Below, piece after piece: positions 1 to 11,697 of a stretch of DNA of 64,000 bases. Location: NCBI GenBank assembly GCA_964188305.1, contig OZ076888.1; one strand, written 5' to 3'. A program made the position numbers and the translations under genes. Positions within the stretch are counted from its first letter, which is position 1; each line of letters opens with the position of its first letter. The notes beneath the pieces are model-generated. The model worked only from the letters and a program-made list of their open reading frames with translations. It was not told the origin of the DNA and did not search any database. The DNA is from Podarcis bocagei. Its lineage: Eukaryota.

Positions 1-1279
1 TGAATGTCTTTCATCAATAGATGGTAGTACCCTTCAGCTAGTATGAGAGCAGAGAAGCAATTGCAGTTTGAATCTGAGCAGAGAACAGAGTGCTAGCTGG
101 AGTTGGCTAAAACAGAAGCATCACCTGCATTTGCTCTGCCCTTGGTAATAGTGAGCATTTGGATCCCTCTCCTTCCTTCACCTACTCATGCAGTGACTCT
201 CACATGGCAGCAATGCCCATCTGGTGCACACCTTTATTTGAGCTTCATATCTACTGGTCAATCTGCTGTCAATGTAGTCTGCCGAGTTCACAGGATGTTG
301 ACAGTCTAGTGCAGATATAGTATATAGAGTAAAAGAGATTGGGCAATATAGTACTACTGCAAAAAAATGGAACAAATATCAAAGCAATTAGTAGAATAGC
401 ATAATGCAATGTATAGCACTCACCTTTTAACACTATGTAGGTGGGCTGCTGATTACCAAACACTATTGTGATGATTTGATACATTTATCGTCATGACTAA
501 TGAGCAGACTATTTGCTTTTGTAGCCATAGCAATACTATAATAACCTGTAGGTTGTTAATTATTTTAAGGAATCTAATTTGAAAAATGAATGTGCTATGG
601 TAAATGAATCGTTGGCCTTGAAAATTTGTTATCTCCTTCCCAGTCATTGGGTGGCAAAACTTGGGATTTTCCATCTGTAAAATGAGAGCAATTATACTCC
701 CTTTTAAAAGGTGGTAGCAAATGAAGATAAAGTACCATGCCATATAAGTAATTTATACAAATGAAATTATTATTTATACAAATGTAATTACCAGTAAGAC
801 TTTTGCCTCATGTTCTGCACCAAGCAAGCCACTTTTGAAATTAAGAAGATAAAACACAGAGATATGTCTCTTGAAGAAAAAGTAATAGGTCTTTTGGTTT
901 GAGGTAGAAATGTTTGACAAAGAACAAGTGTGCCTTTTGAAACCAAAGGATTTTTTTTACAGTTAGAAGCACTTTGAATCAGATTCCCTTTTTGACTAAA
1001 CACTTGGAAAGAACATGACAGCTGTTAAGGCAAGTAGAGTTAACTCTGAGTATTAGGTCTGAAATGAAATAACTCTGCAGTTTGTTAAAATAACGTATAG
1101 TTGATTCCAAAAGTTTAGAGTAAGCAGCTAAAGAATTATCTTAAACTAATCTTAAAATCTGTTATAAAATCCTCCTATAATCTCAAACATTTTTCTGTCC
1201 AGCTGCCAAAATCTTAGCCCTTAATTAGGCAAACTTTTAAGAAAGGAATGGAAACTGCCTGATGGTGAACTGTTGTTGT

Positions 1280-1500
1280 TATTATTTATAAAATTTCTAT
1301 ATTGCCCTTCATCCAAAGATTATAGGGGAGTTTACAATATAAAAACACAAAAATGCATACCATAATAACAAAGAAAACAATACCCATCCCCCAGTTTAAA
1401 AGGACATAGATTATTTAATTATCCAAAGGTGAGGGAGAAGAGTAATGTTTTTACCCAACGCCTAAAGATATGTAATGAATGTGCCAGGAAAGCCTCACCA
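1280..1500 (-). mobile_element. L2-type LINE 3' end, degraded
   Basis: Reverse complement ends in ...gggcaatatagaaattttataaaataataac, the same tail architecture as the better-preserved L2 copy at 11230. Confidence 0.55.
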
Positions 1501-2550
1501 GATGGATACCATGGTTGATGGTATTGAAAGCCACCGAGAGGTTGAGGAGAATTTACAGCAGCCGCAGATCTGGGGGCCTGGCTGATGGAATAACCACAAT
1601 TTCCCAGTTTGGAGGAGGGACTGGCATATGGCAGTCACTCACTGTCTGTGCCGTGTGCTTTTTACCTGGCCTGCCCCACCATACTGCAATTTTCCCCCCC
1701 TCCAGCTCATCTCCTCCCAGACACATCTCCCCTCCCTCAATAAAAATAAACAACAGTTAGAAAAGTTGTAGCAGTGGCCCTGTCTCTGCTTTGTAGCTGG
1801 TGCTGCAGCCAGAAGATGTAAGTTGGCTATAGGTGTGGAAGTCACAGGACTACTGCTGACACCTTCTGGTGCCAGATTGCTGGATGGTGAGAGGCTCAGC
1901 AGGTGCAAGCTGTAGGATTATGCTTTCTTTTCCGTTCACAATAGCAAGAAAAATGTATCTGGGTGTGTTGAGTCAGTCAGATTTATGATGGTGAGCTCAC
2001 TTATCCTGAAAGTAAGCATCAGTGAACTTTGTTCTCAATAGACGTGCATAGGATTGCTCTACACACTTTAGGTAGAATAAAGGCTATACAATATTTTTGT
2101 TGATCATGGCACCTAGTAGAATAAATGTTTAATACTGACATGAGCTGAAGGACTGTGGAAAAGAAAACACAAAGCATTTATTTTGTTTATATTAAAATTG
2201 CTATTTAAAAAAACACACTAAGGCACACTTCATTGTGATGGATTCCCAAGTGCTGTACATTGTACAACTAATGTGTGCTCATCACTAAAGGCAGCTTACA
2301 ACAATTGAATTTGCAATATTGTTATAAAACCACAATATAAAAAATGCAGATGTTGCGCCTTTTGTTTTGTTTTGTTTGTAGATGTGATAAAGTAGAAATA
2401 CGTTAAACCTGATTGTTGATTCCCGCCCCACACACTATGTTTTCATGTTTTAGTATAGCTTTATTCTGACTGGAGGTGATTTTAAGTTTCCCACTTCCTG
2501 CTTCCTCTGCCCTTTCCCAGAAAACAGATGCAGTTAAAAAAAACACCACC

Positions 2551-2748
2551 TCATAGAATTGTAGAGTTGGAAGGGACCCCAAGGGTCATCTAGTCCAACC
2601 CCCTGTGGTGCAGGATTCTCACCTGAAACATCCAGGACAGGTAGCCATCCAACCTCTGCTTTAAAACCCTCAAGGAATGAGAGCCCACCACCTTCCAAGG
2701 GAGCCCATTCCACTGTTGAACAGCTCTTACTGTCAGAAAGTTCTTCTT
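2551..2748 (-). mobile_element. CR1 LINE 3' end (5'-truncated)
   Basis: Reverse complement ends gggttggactagatgacccttggggtcccttccaactctacaattctatga, the canonical CR1 3' terminus. Confidence 0.85.
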
Positions 2749-4006
2749 GCTCTTGCCTCTTTAAAAACTTTCTATATGTGAAATGGTTTTCAAAAATTAA
2801 AACTTGGACAGGTTTTTAAACATTTGAAACAATTCAAATTACATGGAATGCGGTAATGATTTGGTGGAGTCTTTTTAAATGTTATATCCTCATATTTTGA
2901 TTCCAAATTAAAATTATGCATTTGGCTTAGTTCCTAAATATACATCAATAGTGTGCTTAAGTTTCATGTTGGGGCTTTTTGCCATTGGAATATTTTATCC
3001 AGCTGAAATTTAAGGTGTTTGCTTGTTTGAATATGTAGACCCCCTTATGAGAAGGCAAACTGGGTGAATGATGACTGGATAGAATATATTACTTTGATAT
3101 AGTCTTTCTTTCGCCAGACCTTTATTAGGCATTACAGATATAATACAGAATAGTATTAAACTAGTAATTACTGGAGATTTGAAGATAGGAATGCCCCAAA
3201 ACTATATAGTAACATATTCATTCCAGCACCTTGGTGACCTGGAACAAAAGCAGCAATGCCTTTTAAAGCTGTATCATAGATCAGTTAATCAATAGAAAGG
3301 GTCTTAAGTAGTTCAGGACACATACTGCAGCTGTCCAATAATTTTCTTCTTTTTTCCTGACCTGATACAATAAAGGAGTAATTGCATGGTTAATTGATTT
3401 CTAGAACATTTACACTAACCATGTGCTCTACACATGTCCAAGTGTCCTAGACTCTGCGTAGACTAACAGTGTAAAAAACAAGACACACAAGGGGAGGGGA
3501 GGGCCAATTGCAGAGCAAGGAAAATATGGTGTTAACAGGCATTAATATCTAGTCGGTGCCAGGCTTGATCTGTCTTTGCTAGTGTTTTTGCTTGCATGGA
3601 TATAGAGCAAGCACTCAAAAGCTAGAGCAAGTCCTAGAGCAAGCCACTTGCTCTACTAAATGGGAATATTCTGTTGACTTCAGTTGAGTTGATTGCATAT
3701 TCTCTTCAACTATATATTTTGGAAAGTGGGCTGTCTGCCTGTTTGTTTTCTAAATATTTGAACGCCTATCAAGATATTGTTGTGAAACTTGGCACGATGG
3801 TTCCCGGGTGGCAGACTTTGTTGCCATTTGGACACTGGGTTTCATTTTCAGGCACAATGGTTCCTGAGGTTGGGATGGGGGTCAATGTTTGGACACCATA
3901 TGCCATTTTGAATAAAGATGGTGAACTGAAATATGACTTTGGTGTGACTTCATGCAATTTTTGGTGTGTTGGGTCCAAACTCACAAAACTATCCATTAAA
4001 AAACCC

Positions 4007-4007
<1 letters not shown>

Positions 4008-4050
<43 letters not shown>
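4008..4050. repeat. (ATT)n microsatellite
   Basis: About 14 perfect trinucleotide units. Confidence 0.95.
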
Positions 4051-4052
<2 letters not shown>

Positions 4053-4789
4053 TTACTAAAAAGTAAGCACTGGACGCTCCCCACTAGTATCCTGCATGTG
4101 AGCTAAGACAGAATTGTTTGGACCCAAGCAAGGAAATGTAGCTGTGGCCCATGTAACTGATAAATTACTACAAGAAAAGCTTTGTTTTTAAAGTGAAAAT
4201 GTGTCATAAGAATTATCATGCAAGTCTCTCCTGTGTTAGCTTTTCATTTCCATCAAGATGCTTGAGACTCGTCTGGCTGTTGAGAATTTTTGTAAAATTA
4301 TTTTATACTTCTTGCATTCTATGTGCTTAAGGCTTTGGCAATATTTAGGGATGGAAGAATTGTTGCGTTATTGTCAGTTGTTTCCAATGAGGAAATCACT
4401 GCTTGGTAAAGCTGTTTGCATTCCTGTGGCCTGTGGTATAAGGAAATATCATGCTATAAAAATTCCCAATTATTTCCCTAAGGATCTCTTTTCTAAATCC
4501 TTTGATGCCTTGGGGGTGGGAGTTGGAAGTGAAGTAGAAAACACAGAAATCTAGTTTCTAAGCCATTAGTATGCAACCTCAAGCTTTGTTAACATATTCT
4601 AGTTTTATCTTTATTTTTATAACCCACGGTCATGAATTGTACCAGAGATGCTTCCCTTAATTTCATCAAACATTATAAGCTAATAACTGTGAGAGAATAT
4701 TTTTTACTTCAGAAAAAAGCATGCCGTGCAACTTTGAATGTACTGTACTGTGACTCCTTTGATACATGGTTACTTTTGTACGTTAGAGA

Positions 4790-5110
4790 CAGTGAGAACA
4801 CTCTGTCCAGTTCGGGGCACCACAATTTAAGAAGCATATTGAAAGCTTGTGGTGTGCAGAGGAAGGTGACCAAGATGATAAAGGGTCTGGAAACCAAATC
4901 TTATGGGGAACTGTTGAGGGAATTGAGTATGCTTAGCTTGGTAAAGAGGAGATTGAGGGAAGATATGAAAGCAATCTTCAAATTCTAAATGGTTGTCGCT
5001 TATGGAGCAAGCTTACTTTCTCCTGCTCCCTGGCTAGGACCCAAACCAGGGGCTTCACATTACAAGGAAGGGGGTTCTGACTAAATATCAGGAAGAACTT
5101 TCTGACAGTC
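4790..5110 (+). mobile_element. CR1 LINE ORF2 C-terminal fragment
   Basis: Translation VQRKVTKMIKGLETKSYGELLRELSMLSLVKRRLREDM matches the CR1 ORF2 C-terminal motif; lacks the 3' tail. Confidence 0.85.
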
Positions 5111-6462
5111 TGATATTGCAAAACAGCAGTAAGATTGAGACAGCAAATTATGGTTTGCATCATCATTCCATAATGGGCTTAAGAGATGGAAAGACTTCTC
5201 CCTTCCACAGGGACTCTACACAATTTTTGCTGTTCTTTTCCTGATAATGGTGTTAAGAAAAAATGAATCAAAAATGGTGCCCACATTTCCCGTACCATTC
5301 TCTGGCAGCAAATTTGGGTATTTCTGAATATTTTTAAGGCGCATAAGTCTTCAAAAATTGGTGCATTCATTCTGTTTTGTAGTGAAAGAAATTCAACATC
5401 ACACTACGTCAAGTGTTCCATCAGAGCAAGCATTTCAGTCAGACCACTGACAGCTTGATCCCCACTCCTCTTGTGTACTGTTCTGGGGAGTCTCCTGAAC
5501 CCCACCCCTCCAATTTCAGGGGCGTGCAGGGGAAAGTCCTTTTGCGCAAGTTCTTGTGTGGGCATCCACTGACAGGACTCATTAGTTGGATCCCACCCAA
5601 TGTCATATTTATTTTTAAAGCTTAAATCAGTACAGGTGGCAGCAGAGATTTTATTTCGGGTTGCTTCATGGTAATTGCTATTTCCTTCTACTTTATATCG
5701 TTCTGTGATGGGAGCAGGGAGGACTGTGAGTGGGGGTGGACATAATTTCCCCCAGAATGTGTCAGAATGAATGCTATGGCCAGGATATTTTGTGGGGGTA
5801 AATGGCGGCCACCAGGACGAAGCCTGCAAAAGTACCGTTCTCTGCATGTGCTATAAAATGAATGGGAGGGGTTGGACTTTGCTTCTCTTTGGACAGGCCA
5901 TTTGCAGAAACCGTACAAACCTGTTGTGCTGCTTCTGCCTTCTGCAAAGTTAGAATGGTGAGAGATTCGACTGTTTCCTCCTCAGGGTTCTTTTCAGTTT
6001 ATTAAAAACTTCAGGAGGAGAGGAGATTGCTGTCTTGGTGTCCAGCTAATTTGATTTGAGAAGTCTTGGCAATTAGAACTCGATGACAAACTGATTTTAC
6101 GGTGCTTTTTGAATGTCCAGTTAGGCACTATCTAACCTTACTTTCTAAGAGCAATTTTGATTTGTAATCAAAGATTCGTAAAAAACAAGCTTCATATAAA
6201 CATTGGCTAGAATCCATTATATTATTAAACATGCTGAAGTCCTTTTGATTTCAGTTGTCCATCCCTCTTGCAGCCAATTTTGAGGAACTAGAGAAGTTGA
6301 GTTCACTTTCCTGAACACTTGGTTGGTGTTTTTTTTTTAAAAAAGTCAACAAATACAGTGTTTTTGAGTGGCTGCATTTGCTCATGTAAAGTTATAATGA
6401 AATTTACAATCTGTGCAAGTTCTGTCTGAAGCTGACATGCTTTGCTTTGTTTTTGTTTGCAG

Positions 6463-6499
6463 GTCAGAAGGGAGAGAGAACTGTGAAAATAACATCCAG
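6463..6499 (+). other. Candidate 37-nt non-coding 5'-UTR exon of ADD3
   Basis: Branch-like gctgac (6431), T-rich tract tttgctttgtttttgtttgcag|, downstream donor CAG|gtaaca. Confidence 0.4.
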
Positions 6500-6559
6500 G
6501 TAACAAATGTGATTTTGTGGAAATTAATAGCAAGAAAATGAATATTTATTTTTTTGCTG

Positions 6560-7700
6560 GATGATTAAGAATAATATTGTACCATTAACAAAGATTGATA
6601 GTACTTCTGAAAATTATTGGTGAATTTAACGCCAACTCTATCTGGATATTGGTGGGGTTTTTCCCCATAATTCATTAAGTTTTCAATTTTACATTTCAAA
6701 TTTTTTTTTTGGAAACTTTAAAAGATCCAGTGACTTCCATTCTTCTCCTTCCATGGTTCATTCTTCATATCATACATTCCTGCATATTTTACTATAACCA
6801 TTCAAATCAGTTTTCCACTTTTAAATCACTCAAATATTATTTACAGTGTTTAATTTAACTTAATGCTGCCAGCATTTTCAGCTGAGTACAGTTATTTTCC
6901 ATATATACAATAAACGTTTTCCACTCTTCTTTAATCATATGTTCTTCTAGCTCTCACACTATTGCTCTTCTCCAAAGCTTTTAATTTTTCTAATGCTTTG
7001 GGCACACTCTCCAAAGGTTGTCCTAATGTCAACAACACATCTTCAGCAAATCCCCTTAATTTATAGATTCTACGTCCCACCTCAATACCTTTAATTTCCC
7101 TATTTCACCTTATATTCTGAAGCAATATTTCAAACTCATAATAAACAGTGAAGATGGGGACAGCCTTGTCTCATTCCTTTTTCTACTTGGCATTGGTCTG
7201 AAAGAATATTGTTTACTAATATATTTGCAGATTGATCAGTATAGATTGCTAAAACCTTAATCATAAATGATCATGAATTTTGTCAAAAGCTTTCTCTGCA
7301 TCTAGAAAGATTTAACACAGCCTGTTTCTTACTTCTAGGTACTTTATTAAATTGATTACATTTCTTACATTGTCTTTCATTTGTCGACCTGGTAAAAACC
7401 TGGCCTGGAGTCTGCGGACTGACTTAGTCACATGTCGTTTTCAGTCTAATAGCCAGGATTGTAGCAAATAGTTTATAGTCACAGTTCAATAATGAAATAG
7501 GTCTGTAATTTTTAGTCTATGTTAAGTTACTCTATTGTTTGGGGATCAGAGTAATGAATGCGTCTTTCCATGAAGCTGGTACTCCCATCACCAGAATTCT
7601 GTTAATGGTGTCCTTAAGTGGTTCTATAAGTGCACCCTGAAACTTTTTATAATAAATTGCAGTAAGTCCATCTGGCTCCAGTGCTTTTCCCATCCCATAT
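6560..7700 (-). mobile_element. L1-clade LINE fragment (RT region plus ORF2 C-terminus/3' UTR), degraded and internally deleted
   Basis: Minus-strand motifs NYRPISLLNCDYKLFATILA, FLDAEKAFDK, KGMRQGCP and FAEDVLL (decayed FADD), with frameshifts. Confidence 0.85.
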
Positions 7701-8999
7701 GGATATTGTTAACATAATTTACATTGCTGCTATTTTTTATTTTTGCTATACCTTATTTATCTCTGTCTATTTACCCAAGCACAGTAACTCAGTAGAACAG
7801 ATAACTAACTGTTGATAGTGCTGCCTCTTCTCTTCTCTGCACCCCTTTCTACTAACCATCTTTCACTAGACGTTGTGTGTCTACAAATTTTAAAACTTCT
7901 GAGCAGTTAATAAAACAGTTCATAATGCATAATCAGCTGAACCAATGGCTGGGGTGGTGGTGTATGAATTTCAGTCAACTGCATAGGTTGTTTTCTGTTG
8001 TCAAATTTTAGCTGATGATTTGCCAGAAAAGCAAATCAGGTATACCCTACCTGATTATTGGGGGTGGGTGGGAATTATTATTCTCTTTCTTACATAAATT
8101 ATCTCATTTGGTTCTGCATGACCTTGGCTTTGCCCTAGTCAAAGGGTGAGCAACCTACTTTCTCTTTAGGATTACTTTCCCTCAGGGGTGATCTGTCAGA
8201 GGCTGAGTGTAGAATGAATTCAGTCCAATTTACTATTTGTAGAACTCTCCAATTTACCTGGGTAAAATCTGTTCATGCATATAACTTTTCCCAGCTATGC
8301 AGCAGTTTGTCAGTTGTCCATGAAACTTTCTCTCCAGCTGTCATGGCTCACTCCCTAAAAAAGATTTCAAAGGCAAATTTCCCATATCCCATAGAAGAGG
8401 AATCTGATGGGAATTGTCACCCTGGAGCTGAAACTGATAAGTAACTTACAACTGTCTCCAAACAGCAAATGGTTACTTTCTTCCGCCTGTCAATTTATCT
8501 GAACCTACCTAGCAAACTAGTGTGGAAGGAGGCAATCTGAGAACTATCCCCCCACCTGTATGACTACAGAAGTCTTCATATACATGGCAATTATCCAGGG
8601 AGATTTGTTTGAATTAATGTTCCTCGAAGTCAGGACTTGTCATTTGGTTTCCACAACCTTGGTTGAGCTTGTTAGCAAAAAAAAATCACACAAATATTAA
8701 GGGCAGTAAAACCCAAATATCTAGTAAGCTTTCACTTTAGATCAGAAGTTGGACCACTTAGCTTCTAAACAAAAATAAAATTCTGTAGCTGAGCACAACA
8801 CATTTTCAACACAATTGTCTGTGTAGGAAACAGCATATATCCTGTGTGAACTTCCTTATGTGCATTTGTGCATGTGTCTTTTACAGTATGAACACAGGCT
8901 CTGCATAGTTTGTGCACATGGAAAACTGCATGCCATTATTTGCTTGAATCTGAGGTCTGTTTTAGAAATGTGTAATATGTGAAGTGGCAACTGGGAAAA

Positions 9000-9431
9000 T
9001 GATTTGGTGCCCCTGGTCTGTGTGCTGTCCATAGTTTAGATATTACTTGTCTCCATTTATGCCTATCCAATAAGACCACCATCTTAAATCCTTCTCTGAT
9101 GCCACCACAGGTGAGATGTAGCAAAAGATTATCACAGAGGACCTTTTCAGTGGTGCCCCCTGCATCTTTAAAACCATGTCCCCAGAGTAGCTTGAACTTC
9201 ATATCATTTTGGCACAAGACAGAAATCATTTTATTCCTCTCATGCTTTTAAATCTGTTAAGGTCCAATCTAGTTTTTTAATCTCTGCCAAATGATTGTAT
9301 GCTCCTATTTCATGTTAATATTGGTTCTGTTTGATGTATGTCTTTTAAATTGTCTGGTATTTTGATTTGAAAGCTGCCTTGTGAATTTTTGCTAGCGTGG
9401 GAATGTAAACACTTAGAATGAATAAATAAAT
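9000..9431 (+). mobile_element. Old L2-type LINE 3' end
   Basis: Degenerate ...ccttttcagtggtgccccc... 3' ORF2/UTR motif ending in aataaataaata. Confidence 0.5.
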
Positions 9432-10013
9432 ACAGGGCCAGCACTTCCACGAGCCAAGCTGAGACAATTGTCTCTGGAAGCATGGACAGTGAATGGGTGT
9501 CCTCAGGGCTCTCTGCTTGCTTGCTGGCTTGCTTGCAGGCCACCCACCCAGTGAGGCTCCAGTGAGCTCTTCCACCTTTTCCTCTTCCTTGCCTAGCTCT
9601 GCTTTTTAACTTGTAACTAACTAGATTTACACAGAATGTCCAGCACCTGCAGCAAAGTGGTGGCAGCACAGGGGTTCCTGGCCAACCTATTCAGAAAACT
9701 GGTCTCTGAGGGACAATCCACTTGACATTTCCTCTGAGCAAGGTAGGGAGGGGAAAGAGAGAGACCACCAGTGCTGCCACCACTAATGCATTGTTAAAAC
9801 AAAACAAAAAGTAAGTGAGAAAAGTGGAAGGGGATTAGCATGGGCAAGAGGAGTGTGAGGAAGAGGAGGAGCAGGAACTAGGCCTAAATAAACCAGCAAT
9901 TCAGATACACAGGGATGTTAATGGTACTTTTTGGAACATCCAGGAAGGAACAGAATGGAATCAGGTTGAAGTATTAATGCTATCTTAAAGCTAGAACTAC
10001 TGCTCCTCTTAAG

Positions 10014-10133
10014 CAAGGGATGAGGATTCTGGCTCTCCAGATATTGTTGAATCAGCTGTCATTATCCCTTATCATTGACTAGCTTGGCTAGGGTTAATAG
10101 AAGTCGAAATCTAACATTTTGTTCTTCATTCTG
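10014..10133. mobile_element. Degenerate hAT MITE
   Basis: caaggg...ctg ends, internal similarity to the 20450 and 46533 copies, approximate TSD ctcttaag/atcttagg. Confidence 0.45.
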
Positions 10134-11229
10134 ATCTTAGGCAAATTTTATCAGAACTGCAAAGGACATACCTGAACATTTAGACAAAAAGTTGGAAAAC
10201 AGTACTGTGTGTTAAAGTGCTCAAAATTGTGATGTGCTATCTTAAAGAGGTCTGGGAATCAGAATCTGTTGTATGTGGAACTCCTTGGTTTATGATTAAG
10301 AGGTAGAACTTAAGTACCTTCAAGTGAAGTGAAAGAACCTTCAGATAAGTTCTGTTTTCCATTGGATCCTTCCCCCCCCCCCAATTGGATGTCTGGGTTG
10401 CCTTCTTTTGAGTCTTCTAAATCTTTCATCAAATCCCAGTCAGAAATCTTATGGCCCTCTCTTGACAGATATACATTAGAGGTTTTTAGAACTGATTCTG
10501 CGATGTGTGGGATCTTGAATTATTACTTGTGAATAGCAATGGTGTTTTTTCTCTCCTATATTGTTGGTTTGCTTTGATATCCTACCCTTCCACCAGCAGT
10601 CTCAAAGCAACACACATCATTCTCTGTGCTCTGCCTGTTGGTTCTCACAACAATCCTATGATATAATGACTGGTCCAAGATCACCCAGGCAGAATAGGGA
10701 TCAGAACCCAAATCTACCCAGTACTAGTCCAACACTCTTAAGTATCATACAAGGTATGCTTGCTGTATATTTGCTACAGTTATATATGATTCCTATGATT
10801 TGCTTTACTTTACTTCGATACCACAGTAAAAACAGGATGTGCTAATGGTGTTATCTACTCTGGAAAGGAAAGAAGTACTGTTTTCACTGTAGCTTCTTTT
10901 TTCCTGTAACTTATTTTTCCTGTTGATCACAGGAAACTCTTTAGTAAGATAGTCCCTCTTTTGCCTGATTGTTCACAACTGTGCGCTGTAACATGCAAAG
11001 AAATGGCTTTGTGTCTCTTCTCTCTCTTTCCCAGCCACTCTTTATTGCTGATTGTGCTAATATATCAAACTATAGTTTTTACTAAAATGATGACATATTG
11101 GAATGCTGCCCAGATGCTAGTGCAAACAATATGTGAATATTATCTTCAAGCAACGTGGTAGTTCCCAGTTAAAGATTAACTTAAGTAGGAGTGTGAATTC
11201 ATGACATTTGTAGATTAAAATAGTGTTTA

Positions 11230-11697
11230 CCTATACGGCCTAGGACCCTCGTACCTACGGGACCGCCTCTCCTGGTATGCCCCACAGAGAAACCTACGGT
11301 CTGCAAATAATAACATCCTCAAGGTCCCAGGCCTCAGAGAGGTTAGGCTGGCCTCAACTAGAGCCAGGGCCTTCTCGGCTGCAGCTCCAAACTGGTGGAA
11401 TGCTCTGTCAAAAGAGACTAGGGCCCTGCGGGACCTGACATCTTTCCGCAGGGCCTGCAAGACAGAGTTGTTCCGCCAGGCCTTTGGTCAGGGCGCAGCC
11501 TGACTCCCTCCTCTGGCAACCTGCACATAATTCTACTTAATTGGTTGCCATCAATTTGATTTAATTAATTTTTATAATGAAATTTTTAGATTGTGTGATT
11601 ATTTGATTGATTATTTTATTGTTGTTAGCCGCCCTGAGCCCGGCTTTGGCTGGGGAGGGCGGGATATAAATAAAATTTATTATTATTATTATTATTA
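11230..11697 (+). mobile_element. L2-type LINE 3' end, relatively young, (TAT)n tail
   Basis: Plus strand reads LYGLGPSYLRDRLSWYAPQRNLRSAN...RAFSAAAPNWWNAL (L2 ORF2 C-terminus), then gccgccctgagccc...gggcgggatataaataaa and (tat)n; CpGs retained. Confidence 0.85.

Noticed and set aside
3674-4051. 125-aa ORF ending in poly-Tyr
   Set aside because: Non-ATG start; the Tyr run is the (ATT)n microsatellite; no recognisable domain.
4632-4988. 118-aa ORF
   Set aside because: The recognisable part is a decayed CR1 ORF2 fragment, not a host gene.
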